This document shows, piece by piece, positions 1-30,705 of a stretch of 64,000 nucleotides of DNA (within the stretch, counting starts at the first letter, position 1; every line of letters begins with the position of its first letter). The translations under genes were made by a program, and so were the position numbers. The stretch is taken from assembly GCA_963693365.1 (NCBI GenBank), contig CAVNZM010000006.1:9055355-9119354 (forward strand), written 5' to 3'. The notes below the pieces were generated by a model that saw only the letters and a program-made list of their open reading frames with translations, was not told the DNA's origin and ran no database searches. This DNA is from Amoebidium appalachense (taxonomy: Eukaryota > Protista > Ichthyosporea).

Positions 1-187
1 TCACCAGCTTGAAATAACAGGATGAAACCAACCACGTATTATTAAATTTCAAGAACAATTTGAGCTTGCACCTGCCCATGTAGATCGGGTGATGTCAAGT
101 GCAAATTATTCTTTCCACAGAAGAGCCTCTCTGCTTATGTTGCAAAACCTGTGTCGAAAGTGAAACATCATCACTTGCACAACTGAC

Positions 188-268
188 CTTTAAACGCTTT
201 AGAAGCTCTGGTTTGGGCAGGCCAGGTTTTATCTCCTTCGGAACTGCTTCAGTTCCTTGACTTGCCAT
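188..268 (-). CDS. Candidate first coding exon of a gene running off the left edge; possibly PDS5-like cohesin regulator
   Basis: Acceptor (tacag|) at 281, ATG at 268, 27 codons MASQGTEAVPKEIKPGLPKPELLKRLK, then donor AAG|GTCAGT at 187. The KEI...ELLKRLK pattern resembles the PDS5 N-terminus as I recall it. No downstream exon could be confirmed inside the window. Confidence 0.35.
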
Positions 269-796
269 GCTGATGCTATGCCTGTACATGTGAGAGAAGG
301 TATCAACATCTCCATCTTTTCACCCGCACTTTCCCCTGTCATGCTCCCCCCTTCTCCTCCCTCCCCTCTCCCCTCTTCCCCCCCCCCCCTCCCACACCCC
401 CACCCCCGCCCTGCCCCCCTGCCAGCCCTCGCCGCACCCCCCTCTCCCCTCCCCCCCTTCTCCCACTCCTTCCCTCCCACTCCCCCAGGAGGCCCCACCA
501 CCACCAACACCACTGCCACCACTGCTACTACCCAACCACCCACCAAACCCTCACCACCACCTCCTGTCACCCGATGCCTTCTCCTCTTCTCTTCCCCCCG
601 TCCCCTACACTCCCTGCAATCAGATAAATACCCCCCACACACGGACGCCTAGTGTGTGTGTGTGTGTGCAGACATTCCATGCCAAAGACCCCCGTCCCTC
701 CAAAAAAAACAAATAAATAAACTAAAAAATGATTGAATCGAAACGGTGCACTCCCTCCCCCCCCCCCCCCTCCCCCTCCCGCCTTCCCCTCAATCC

Positions 797-828
<32 letters not shown>

Positions 829-1243
829 AAAAAAAAAAAAAACATCCCCCCCCCCCCCCCCCCCCCAGCTCCTCCCACAGATTTTACGACCCAGGCACTC
901 AAATAATTCAAGGAATACGATGATAATAATGCGCAAGGATAAATTCATGGCAGGATGACCGTGACGAAGAATGTTGTGCTTGGGTGGAAGGCCTCAAGGT
1001 CCATTACCGTTGACGGCACCACGGAACTCTATGTTTGTCCTAAATAATGGCTTAAATAACACAGAGGAGACGCAAATATAGTTCTCGTTTATGCCAATTT
1101 TTTTGGTTCGTATTGTAAACTAGGTGCTCAACTTTGCCTCATCTTTCTTTTTCCACAATTGTTTCGTGTGTCTGTACACCGGATATTGCGGCGGTTGCTT
1201 GCATGCTGAAGGCAAGATCCGAAAAAGTGAGCGCACGACTATG

Positions 1244-1292
1244 ATTGGCTAGCATCTCTTTTTTTGGCGGGAAAATAAGCCCCACAGATTGG
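1244..1292 (-). promoter_or_regulatory. E2F-type site flanked by two CCAAT boxes; candidate promoter of the left-edge gene
   Basis: Plus strand shows ATTGG (1244-1248), TTTTGGCGGGAAAA (1262-1275; minus strand TTTTCCCGCCAAAA, matching E2F consensus TTTSSCGC) and ATTGG (1288-1292), about 1 kb upstream of the ATG at 268. Confidence 0.45.
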
Positions 1293-1315
1293 TGAGCCTC
1301 CTGTCGTCACAATGC

Positions 1316-1390
1316 ATGCATATATCAAATATAAACAATAAAAAAAAAGTAGGAATATTCCTACTTTTTTTATTGTTTTATAATATGCAT
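1316..1390. repeat. AT-rich inverted repeat / palindrome
   Basis: AAACAAT(A)nGTAGGAAT|ATTCCTAC(T)nATTGTTT centred at 1356/1357, with outer ATGCATAT...ATATGCAT arms. The inner arms differ only in homopolymer length. Confidence 0.85.
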
Positions 1391-1660
1391 GTTTTGCTTA
1401 TGTTGCATATTTACATGTTTGCTCTTGCATACCTGTGCCTACGGCCATGGGGGCATCTCAAAGCATAAAGAAGATGATCCCAATCCTTGAACAGATAGGT
1501 GTGTGTGTGATGTTAAAGTATGCAAACATCTGCCCTTCATTGGTGGGTGGGTGTCACAGTGGGTGGTAATGATTTAGATAGTATCATACCAGCGGGATTT
1601 CAAGCACCTTACGTACATGAGGCACATGATGCATATGTAGCCAAAACATGGTAGTAACTT

Positions 1661-1968
1661 TTCTTTTGACTCGGGTTTATTGATCGTTGATGAAGGCAAC
1701 GTGCAGCCACAGGCTACATAACCACCAATAGAACTGAAAAAGCCAAAGCTACGAAATAAAAATAAAGCGACAAGTGACAAAGGACACCAGCGGGCAAAAC
1801 CTTAAGTGTACGTGTATGCGTGAAACTAGTTTGCTCCAACTAGTCATATGCATCGATGTTGACCAGACCACACTCCGCAAGAAGACATCATTACTGCTCC
1901 TTCCCAACAGGCCCCCCTCAAAACCTACCGAGGCACAGCAAGCAAGTCAGCCTCTAAAAGAGCAATGC
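1661..1968. repeat. Dispersed repeat copy 1 (~305 bp; probable transposable-element fragment)
   Basis: Aligns by eye, in the same orientation and with few substitutions or indels, to 32497-32805 (ttttgactcgg...gatgaaggcaacgtgcagccacaggctacataaccacc...cctctaaaagagcaatgc). Confidence 0.9.
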
Positions 1969-2436
1969 AGACCAATTCTGAGCTAAAAAACAATCCCAAC
2001 GGGCCCGGCCCCTAGATAACCCGGAGAAACTGCATCTAGCTCTCTGATAAGGTGGCTTAGTTGTGGCAGGACACAGAAAAACACAATTACAGATTGCATG
2101 CAAGCAAACCCGGTCATTGCCATACGACTGGAGGCTAAGGACTGGCAGTCACTTGGAAAGCTCCCCGACGACCAAGTAGCTGCCCCTCCACTCACGCAGC
2201 GCAGAAGTAGCTGAAGAAGTTGCAGCAGCCCACCGCCAATAGGTCGCGTAGAAGAGTAGACAGCGTGTAGAAGTTACCATAGGTTGCAGTGGACCACCAG
2301 GCGTTGAAGAAACCACTTCTCAAGCGAGAAACTCCGCGAAAGGGAGATGCCCCCACACTCTCACAGCAATAGGGATACACCAGGCCACACCACACACACG
2401 CTGCAGTCACGTTCCCCTGAGTGGGACTCCCTCCCA

Positions 2437-2635
2437 CCACAAAAAGAAGAAACGAAAGCCTTTATATACCTGCCATGGTGCAGAATCGGGAAAAAAAGTT
2501 GACGTGACAGCTAAGAGATGGAAGTGAAAGTGAAGTCCCCCACAAAAAGAAGAAACGAAAGCCTTTATATACCTGCCATGGTGAAGAATCGGGAAAAAAA
2601 GTTGACGTGACAGCTAAGAGATCGAAGTGAAAGTG
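2437..2635. repeat. Tandem duplication, 2 x 96 bp (period 103), each with TATATAAA and TCACGTCA on the minus strand
   Basis: ccacaaaaagaagaaacgaaagcctttatatacctgccatggtg...gaagtgaaagtg at 2437-2532 and 2540-2635, with 2 mismatches. Confidence 0.9.
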
Positions 2636-3266
2636 GCGTAACTTCTCAGGAATATCTAACTAATATTCCTAATTGTAGACGGGATAATCTGCGAGAAATC
2701 AAGGCACCTATGTATGTTCCAAATTGCAGGTGCCTCGAGAAAAACTCCACACGACAGTACATAACACAAACACCAACGGATGAACAGGAAGCAATCGATG
2801 CATATGATGTATTTCTTCTTTGGAGCACACAGATACAACGGAATTTCACTTGTGACTCCTACCACTTAACACTGGTCTCTTATAGATGTGACACACTTCA
2901 TATTTGTACATTTTTATATAGATAGCGTATACTTACAGAGACCATCTGCACTGTGCTGGTCTTTGTGCCGAGTAGGATTTAGTGTCTACCAGAAGCCAAC
3001 CATTATGGCATCCATGCCATTCCATGGGTCACCTGCTGTCACCTACTGTGTCCTGAAATCCTAAGAAGATTGTCCCTTACATATGGAAAAGAGGGTGTTG
3101 AATTTGACCAGTATGTACCTGTTAGTGTATTAAGAACAGCTCCACGAAACAAAATGCACAAAAAAAAAACAATGCAAGCACCTTATGCTAATTACGTTTC
3201 GACCAATACGGTTCGTGAACCAACGTAAACTGAATACCAGTGCCCAGTACTCCTCCACACACCCTC

Positions 3267-21797
<18,531 letters not shown>

Positions 21798-24091
21798 GGT
21801 GCTGTTCTCTACCTGCACACGCAGGCAAATACTTGTTCTAAACCTTAAAGTATCTTGTGGCCCACTCTTGCCAAAAGAGTCCAATGGTCCTATCTCTCAC
21901 TCACCCTATCTTTATCCCCTACTTCCTTTCACCAGAGTGGATCTACAACACCGCCCTTGATTATCCCTTGACTACCTAAATTTCCTTTCATATAACCTTC
22001 GTTCTACACAAAAACGACCACCTTGTGAAAAGAAAACGAGAACCCGTCAGAGTTAACGGTTCACCTGGGGAAAAAAATGGACTGTGACCTTCCCAGAATC
22101 CTGCTGTGTGCCCGGCGCCGGCGGCTCTGCAGTTTTGCTTTTTTCTGTTCCCCCGTGATCCGATAACAAAAGGTCTTCGGGCCAATGGCTGCGCGATTTC
22201 CTGTCTCCCTACACGCTAACTCCCGAGGCTCCCTCGGTTTGACTCAGAGGCTGAGCCCTGCAGCTACAATAGCAGAGTCTACAGTACGCGGGCTAATATT
22301 AGCCTCCAATCCTCCCCACCCAGGCCCACGAAGATACAACTGAGCATATGCATGGTCGGTGCAATGCCCTCAGCGTATTGGCGTATTGGATCCGTAATGA
22401 GACGTCACTGACTAGCTGACTAGCATGACTACCAGCTTGAAATCTGGGGTAGGGCCTTCACCTCAGCAATATTTGGATGGAGTGCCCATGGCTACTGCAG
22501 CAGCAACCGGCCATGGGATCCTACAAATGTTCCCATGGTAGTCCACATGCATCATGAATCTCTGCTAAGCCTTTTCTTTGTGCATTCTATCGATAGTTTA
22601 TGGGCATGATTAGACATCTGAACCCGAGCGTTAAGGGGTTAAGCGGACATGTATATCAAATCGCGCTTGGCCGTGAACCTGAGCACATACCTTCAACTTT
22701 GCATAAGCCGGTCCCAATATCTTTCAAATACATAGACATAAAGAATGAACACACGCATCTGCTGCAGTCATCTAACCTTTTAAGACTTTTGTTCGCCCCT
22801 CGAAGTTGTAAACTTAGGAGGAGTATCCCCAACCTAAGGTTCAGGCACCATACCCTCCCACCCGCCTCTCACCACCTCCCCCCCGAGTCCCCGCCCCTCC
22901 CTCCCCCCCCCCCCCCCCTCTCGCTGCCCACCCCCCCTCCCCCCTCCCCCCCCCTCCGCCGCCCCCCTCAACTTTCCCTGCCCGACACCTGGGTAACCAA
23001 CAGATACGTACACACAACCACCACCACCATCACCACCAGCTCAGCCACATCTACTTACAGGTTCACCCAAACAAAAAGCAAATCAGGAAGCACTCAGCCA
23101 TTGCAGCATGACATGGCAGTCTATTGACCATGTCAGTTGCATAGATCCAGAAGTCACAGTGACCACAGTGACCTACCACGGTATCGGACAGTCACTTACC
23201 ACAAAGATAAACAGTTCGATGGGCAGAAGTGAAGGATCTTTGGTTTTAGGGGTTACTCGGTCGTAGGGTTGGTTACTTATAACAACCCCCTCCCCCCCCC
23301 CCTCCCCCCTCCCCCCCACCCACCCCCCCCCTCCCTCCATGCTGCCCTCTCCCCTTTGTGAGAGTGTACCGAGGCCAAGCAGGAATTAGTTTTTTTTTTT
23401 TTTTTTTTTTTTTTTTTGGGGGGGGGGGGGAGGGGGGAGAACGAGGGGGGAGAGGGGGGGGGGGAGGGGGGGAGGGAGGGAGATACATAAGTTCTTATGT
23501 ACGCGCCCGGGCAGCCATGCACTGCATGAAACCCTGTTGCTATTGCCCTCTAAGTAATTGTACGATGCGGTCGAGGGGCCAACCACTGCGGCATGTGCGG
23601 GGTCTTGTGTGAATTATCGAAAAATGTTCCCACAGTACCCATAAGTGAAACAACAAGTAATTTAAACCCACCTACAAGTTGCATCCATAGCACCCGGGCA
23701 GCAGGGCTCAGGGAGAAAATTTTTTTTTTAAAAGATTGTTGGACTGAAAAGCTTGCGATTTCTGCAACACACACACAACTCCCTCGATTAAATAGCATAA
23801 ACCACACATACCTGCAACCCCACTTTATCGACCGTATACAGCTTTAGTTATTCCGCTTGCCATAACAAAGATAAGTGGGGTGTGGCGCTTAGGAGTACTT
23901 TAAAACTCTGCGCTTCGCCTATTTGATACACTGATGAAGTGCTACCTGTACTAATATTTCATCTTCAAAATACAGCTACAGAAATCCTTGCATAAAAACT
24001 CGTATTGTCATTAAAAGATAGCACACATGCCAGACTCAATTCCAAAACCAGGAACCGCGAATTTGACCACTACATCTTCTGACCCTAGTGT

Positions 24092-26021
24092 CTAGCAATC
24101 ACGAGATAGCGACGAACCCTTACCTTTACCACTTGACTCACCCTGCTCTCCCTCCGTCTCTGAATTAACATAAATCAGTGCATGGTCGCTGGCATAATGG
24201 TCGTTAGCGGCCAGGGCCAAATCAGCCTCCTGCATCCCTTCATATGCACTATCCTCCCGAATCATTGACACCGGTACTTTCCCGGTGCGCTCAGACGAGC
24301 CACACCCCCCGACCGATATGCTGGAGAGTGGAAGGGTCGATGGGCTTTTTGATTTCTGATTCGTCAGTGCATCGGGAATTTGTAGTGTCATGTAAGACCC
24401 GTCATCTAGCGGACGTGCCGGATCGTGTTGCGGCATCCCCTTGCTTTCTTCCTGCTGCCGCAGCTCATGGAAGATCCTCAACGTTTCCTCTTCCAGAGTT
24501 GCAAACGTGGGCCTGTTTGCGGGCTCAATGTCCCAACAGCACAGCAGGAGGGAGTAGAGTTCCTCCGGCATGTCGGTTGGGCGAAGGAGGCGCACCCCGT
24601 GACGAATGGCCTGAATGATCTGGCTGGCCGACTGCAGGAAGTCAAACGGCATCTCACCACCGGAAAACGTCTCCCAAACGGCAACACCGTAGCTCCAAAC
24701 ATCCGTGGCCTGTGTAAGAGCGGGGAGTGAGTTTGTGGTGCTCGGCAGTGCGGACATCTATTGTTCCTACCTCCACCTCAGCATTTCCACTCCTGGCCGG
24801 CACTGCTCCAGCAAGGGTGATGGTGTATCTATTTGTGTGCTTTGCCTTAATTGGTGTATGTATGTGGGTGTGCATGCCGGAGGGGGAAAGGGGAAGGGGG
24901 AGAAGGGGGGAGGGGGGAGGGAGGGAGGGAGGAGTATAGGTGTTTGTGTGTGCGTGTGTGTGTGGGGGGGGGGGGTGAGGGGGGGAGGGGGGGAGGTTCT
25001 GTTTGGGAGTGTGCAAAGCCCTACATGTAATGAGGAGCTTGGGGAACTGAGATGGAAAGAGGCGGCAAACAGCAGGGGGAGAGGGTGGGGGAGATGGGGT
25101 TACAATGTGTGGCAGAGTACGGTGTACACATCAGACACAAATAGTGAAGATGTTGCAAGCAAACACAGAGTATACATCGTAAAAGAGCCCATCCTCGGGG
25201 GAAAGAAGGGGGGGGGGGGGGGGGGGGAGGGGGGGGAGGAGTTACGCTGGAGTAGATTCCGTCCAACACAGCCTCTGGGGCCATCCACCTCACGGGCAGC
25301 AGGGCACCGGCCGTGTCCGTCTTGACGTACATCTGGCTCTCAGCCCCGGCCACACGAGCCAAGCCCAGATCACTCACTTTGGCCGTGGGCTGCCCGTAGC
25401 TGTCAGACCGAGGGGGTTCAAGGAGAATGTTGCGGGCGGCAATGTCGCGGTGGATAATGCCCTGTCCGGCTGCATAAAAGAATGGGTGTTAGAGCGTGCA
25501 GTTGTTTGTGTGTATGTAATTGTGTGCATGTGTGTGTGTGTGCGCCGGGGGGGGGAGGGGGGGGGTATTAGTGTGTGTGTGGGGTGTTAGTGCGCGCGCG
25601 CGAGTGTGTGCCCGCGCGAGTGTGTGCGCACGGGCGGTGTGTGCGCACGGGCGGTGTGTGCACATGCACCCACCTGTGAATGTGCGTGTGGCTGTGTGTG
25701 CGAGCTGCCAATGCACATATCTTTTTTTACTGTGCGCGATTACAGAATCTAATAGTCGCGAGGGTGCAAATGTGGGTGGCACCAGACGCACGCTCATGTG
25801 CGCATGTGTACATGTGTGTGATGTGTGTGTGTGTGTGGGTATGCTAAAGTGAGTGTGTGCGCACGCATAAATGTGCACGTATGGACGTGTTCGTGTGTGA
25901 CCATGTGGTGGGGAAGAAAGTGTGTGTGCGTCCATATGTGCTTGCGTGTGCCACCATTTCGGTGTGTCTATATATATGTGTGTGTGTGTATGTCTGTGTG
26001 TGTGTGTGTGTGTGCGTGTGC

Positions 26022-26059
<38 letters not shown>

Positions 26060-26193
26060 AAATATGTGTATATCACAGTTTAGGTTTATGAGTGTTTGTG
26101 TAGGTCACTGTGTGTGTGTGAGTACGCGAGCGCCACAATCTGCAACAGTGAGCGATTGCGGGTGTGTGTAGTTATTTATCAACAGGTGTAGGC

Positions 26194-26285
<92 letters not shown>

Positions 26286-29200
26286 CACAGCAGTGTACAC
26301 AGGACGATGTGTGCGAGTGTCTTTGTTTGTGTATATGTATGTGTGAATGCCCCAGACCACAGTGTGTGTGTATGTGAATGTATTCATGTATGTATTTGCT
26401 TGAGTCCACGTGTGCGTGTGTGAAAATGTGCTAAAGGATGTGGGGGTGGGGGTGGGGGTTGGGAGAGGGAGGGGGGAGGGGGGGGGGAGGGGGGAGCCTC
26501 AGGAGGGAGTGGTTGTGGTGATGGGAGATATGTGTGCTAGTGCACATATTTGTATGCGCCACAGCCAATTAAGTACTCGTTCGTTAGATACCTTGCACGC
26601 AAGGGAATCAACACACAAGGAATGCAAACAAGCAACATAGAAGACAGATGTATAAGTTGTACAAAGCATAGTTACCACAACCCACACGTCACCGGTACCA
26701 CACGTAAATGGGATCATGTAGCAAAACTTATGCCAGTGCCTACTATGTGTAAGGAGCCCGAAGAAAACAGCCGGGCGGTGGTATTAATGAGAGATGCTTA
26801 CCCAGGAAGGCAAAACCGGCAGCCATCTCGCATGCAAACCACGTGCGGGTGAGGGTGCTGGTGTCGGGGTTCTTCTTGATGTAGCCCCGCAGGTCACCGA
26901 GGGGCATAAACTCGAGCAGCAGGTACAGCTCCCCGCTCTCCTCCATGCACACCCCCACTGTGCTGACGACATTGTCGTGGTCCAGATGTTTTATCAGCTC
27001 GGCCTCTCGCAGGAATTCTGCACGCACCGCCTCGTCCTGCTGTGTTGTAGTTTTGATAGCACATTCCACAGCATTCCCTCCAGAAAACACCACCCCGCGG
27101 TAAACTGTGCCAAATGCACCCGCGCCCAGTTGCTCGAGTAGTGCAAACTGGCTGCGGTCGATAGTACCGTTCTTCGTTTTGACGTTCATGAGGAGATTGT
27201 GGGCCTTCGATGTCCCGGCGTCGGCCCATTCGTGGTTTTTGCGGATTTCCTTGATCCGCTCTTCCACTGCCTTTTCAACGGCCTTATTTAAGTTCTTGCG
27301 TGAATGGTACCAAGCAAAGAGCAGGGCCGCGGCTGCCAAGGCCACACCACCCACCACCGTGCCGACGATGATCGAAGTAGTCTTGCTGCTGCTGCTTGAA
27401 TTCGGATCGGCACTGGTTTGGATCTCACATAGCGACCCGGTGTAGCCCGTAGCGCATTCCAAACACCGCGCATCGGCAGTGGCCGTGCAGTTCTGCAAGT
27501 TTGCACAGTTTGGTATCACGGTGCATTGCGAGCACACACGGTCAGTGGTTGTGGTTGGCGACTGTGTCTCATACTGTGTCGAGTTGCACACAGTGGCGGG
27601 GAAGCAGGTGTCGTTGGAGAGGTAGTACTTGTCGTCGCAGGTCAGGCACTTGACCCCGAGGTAGAACGTGGACCGATCAAAGCCGCACGCCTGGATGGAC
27701 GCCATGTCGGTGTTGATGCAGCCCGGAGGAAGCCGGCAGTCCATGTCGCAATCATTGCCAGTTTTGCCCGGGGGGCACAGACAGACGGTATCGGCAGTGG
27801 CCGTGCAGTTGGCCGTTAACGTGCCGGCAGAGCCGCAGGTGCTGCACTTCTGGCACAGGCCCTGGCTGTTGACAAAGTGGTCGGCCTTGCACTGCAGACA
27901 CCGCACCCCCTTGGCCGGATTGGCCGCATCAAATGTGCACGGGGTGGTCGGGTCGGCCGCCAGGCAGGCAGGCGGCAGGGCGCAGGGCTGGGCGCAGTTG
28001 TTGCCGGTGCGGTTGGCAGGGCAGGCACACTGCGTGTCTGCCGTGGCCGTGCAGGCGGCCAGCTGGCTGCCGTCACCGCAGCTGGCACAGGGCCGGCAGC
28101 CGAGGCCCTGGGGGGCCCACAGCCCCGGGGCCGTGCAGCTGCACTGGTAGCCGAGGGCGGTGTTGGGGGCACTCACACACTGGCTGTTGGGGGCCCCACA
28201 CGTGTTGTTGGTCTGCGTGAACTCACACTGGCAATAGTCATCGTAGCTGTCGTCCTTGCACGTGAACCCGTCCTGGCCTGCAAACGGGCAGTTGCGGCGA
28301 GCCTCGTCGACGTTGCTGTGCAGCGTCATGTTGTCCCCAGCCACGGCTGACCCCTCTGCGTACACGGCACTGCCCAGGGCCTTGGCCACGTTGCAGAGGA
28401 AGACATTGCCCGGGCCTAGATTGACTCGTCCCTGGCTGCGGATGGCCGACCCCTTCACTGCTACGTTGCCTCGAAACACAGTGCCCGTGCTGGTCACCTC
28501 CCCAACTGACGACACACCGGCCCCATTGTACCCCTCGTTCTGCAGAGAGACAGATGGTGTTAGCACGCACCCACTTCAGGTTGGCCGACGTACAAAACTG
28601 TGTTCATTGACCATTTCGAGCACTATGTATCTGGCCAATCACACTTTATTCCCCTCACCCCTCCCCGTCCCTCACCCCTCTCCCCCCCCCCCCCCTTTCC
28701 CCCCCCCCCCCCCCCCCCTCACCCCGGTCCCTCCTTCCCTTTCAGTTAGACTATGCGACACAAAGTGGACCTACAACAACAGCAAGGACCAAAAACTGAC
28801 AGAAGTTCAACACGACTGTCACAGACCTTCAATACAAGACACACATTCACTGCACAGTGACTCTCCCCTAAGCATGCTTCTAACCCTGGACGGCCTCCCA
28901 CGACCATGTATCCCAACCCCGATCTTGTCTCACTTAAGTTAAGAGACGCCCCTTACCGAGTCAATGAAGCAGTTTTCCACCGTGATGCTCTGTGTACCAG
29001 CATGAAGGGAGGCTCCAATCATGCCGATTCCACGGTTCAAGTAGTTGTTTTTATTCCTGCTTACCGTGCAGTTGCGGTACGTGCACTGTCCATTACACAT
29101 AGCTCCGGCGCCAAGTATCGCCGTATTGTTGGTGAAAATGCTATCCACACCATTTATGTCGCCGCTGCACATGAATGTCCCTCCTGCAGCATTCTTTTCG

Positions 29201-30602
29201 ACGAAGTTGCCCGTAATGACGGAACGAGTGACGTTGATTGAGCCCTCTGAAAAACGGTCGTGTGAGTTCAAAGAAGTACGACCTCAATTACGTGTGATAA
29301 TACCCAAGAAAGTCCCTTGTTAGTGCCAGCACCCAGTATATCACTAAATGCATTCATGTTACGAATTTTTCATCCACCTAAACCGGAAACAAATAAAGGA
29401 AAAACCTACCGCAATTCACAATGGAGTCCATCACTGCCTTGTTTCTGGCCATGATGCTATCCTCCAGGACAAACACACCAAGCACATAAATGGTGGCGTA
29501 TATTCCTTGATTTGCAGTGAAGTTGCACCGTTTTGCAACAAGGAGATCAGTGCTGTAGCCACTAACCGCAGCACCCGGCGATTCCGCGCTATCCTGCTTA
29601 ACCTCGTTTGCAAAAAACGTGGAGCCGACGAGTTCAACATTGTTGTTTTCGGTTGAGATGGCACCACCACCGCGGGAGCCAAGTGCCGTGTTCTGTTGGA
29701 AAAAGCTGTCGACGACCATCAGTGTTGCCTCCAGGTTAAGTCCCGTGATGCCACCCCCTCGAATGTTGCCGACATTGTACCTGAACTCGCAATTGCTGAC
29801 ATTAAGCGACTTCAAATGGTCGATTCCTCCACCTATGTTCGCCGTATTGTTAAAAAAGCTTGACCCTACCACCGTAGCCACATCGGCAAGCACGATTGCA
29901 CCCCCCTGCTCGGTGGCCGTGTTGCCCGAAAATGTACAGTTGCTAATATTGGCCTCTACAGCGGCAGACAGCGCACCGCCCGACAAGTCTATGCTGCTCT
30001 GTAGGGCTCCGGGTGCGTCCCCGTCCACTGCCATGGCCACATTGCCAGAAAAGCTTGCCCCGGTTACATTTGCGTAAGCCGCAGCAAAAACACCACCACC
30101 CGAACGTGCGGTATTGTTGGAGAAAACCACCCTGGGGCCAATCGTACTGTTCCCTTTGGTGTATACACCCCCTCCCCATCGTTTTGCACTGTTACCGCTA
30201 AAGGTGCAGTCGGAGAGTGCCAACGTGCCCATTTCGTCATCGACATAGGCGGCTCCCCCATCCATTGCTTTGTTGTTGCGGAACATACACCCAGCCATTG
30301 TCAGGTTTCCAAGGACGTAAACACCACCTCCGCCCGTTAGTTGATCCTGTGAGCAAAGATCCAGGTTTAGTTACGAGCTATCCCGATTCATGTTGTCAGA
30401 ATGCTGAGCAACATAACCGTGTACATAGAGTACTAGAACTACACTACTACAGTCTTTGCGTGCTTGTGTGCCCGAAGCGGTGTCTGTACGACCTATGTGC
30501 ATACCTCATGAGGCTGGTGTGAGTGAAGGGAGCTTGTTGCTCACGGTCCGTGCATGGGTGCGTGCATGTAAGTGTGTGTGTATGTGAGAGTGTGTGTGTG
30601 TC

Positions 30603-30653
<51 letters not shown>

Positions 30654-30671
30654 CCCGCGCACATGCACACA

Positions 30672-30705
<34 letters not shown>

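Noticed and set aside
229-958. Pro/Gly/Lys-rich ORFs at the window start
   Set aside because: They are translations of C, G and A homopolymers in probable intron sequence.
2437-2635. Direct repeats as a CRISPR array or RNase P/MRP gene
   Set aside because: Only two ~96-bp copies, no spacers, eukaryotic context, and the conserved RNase P/MRP regions were not found.
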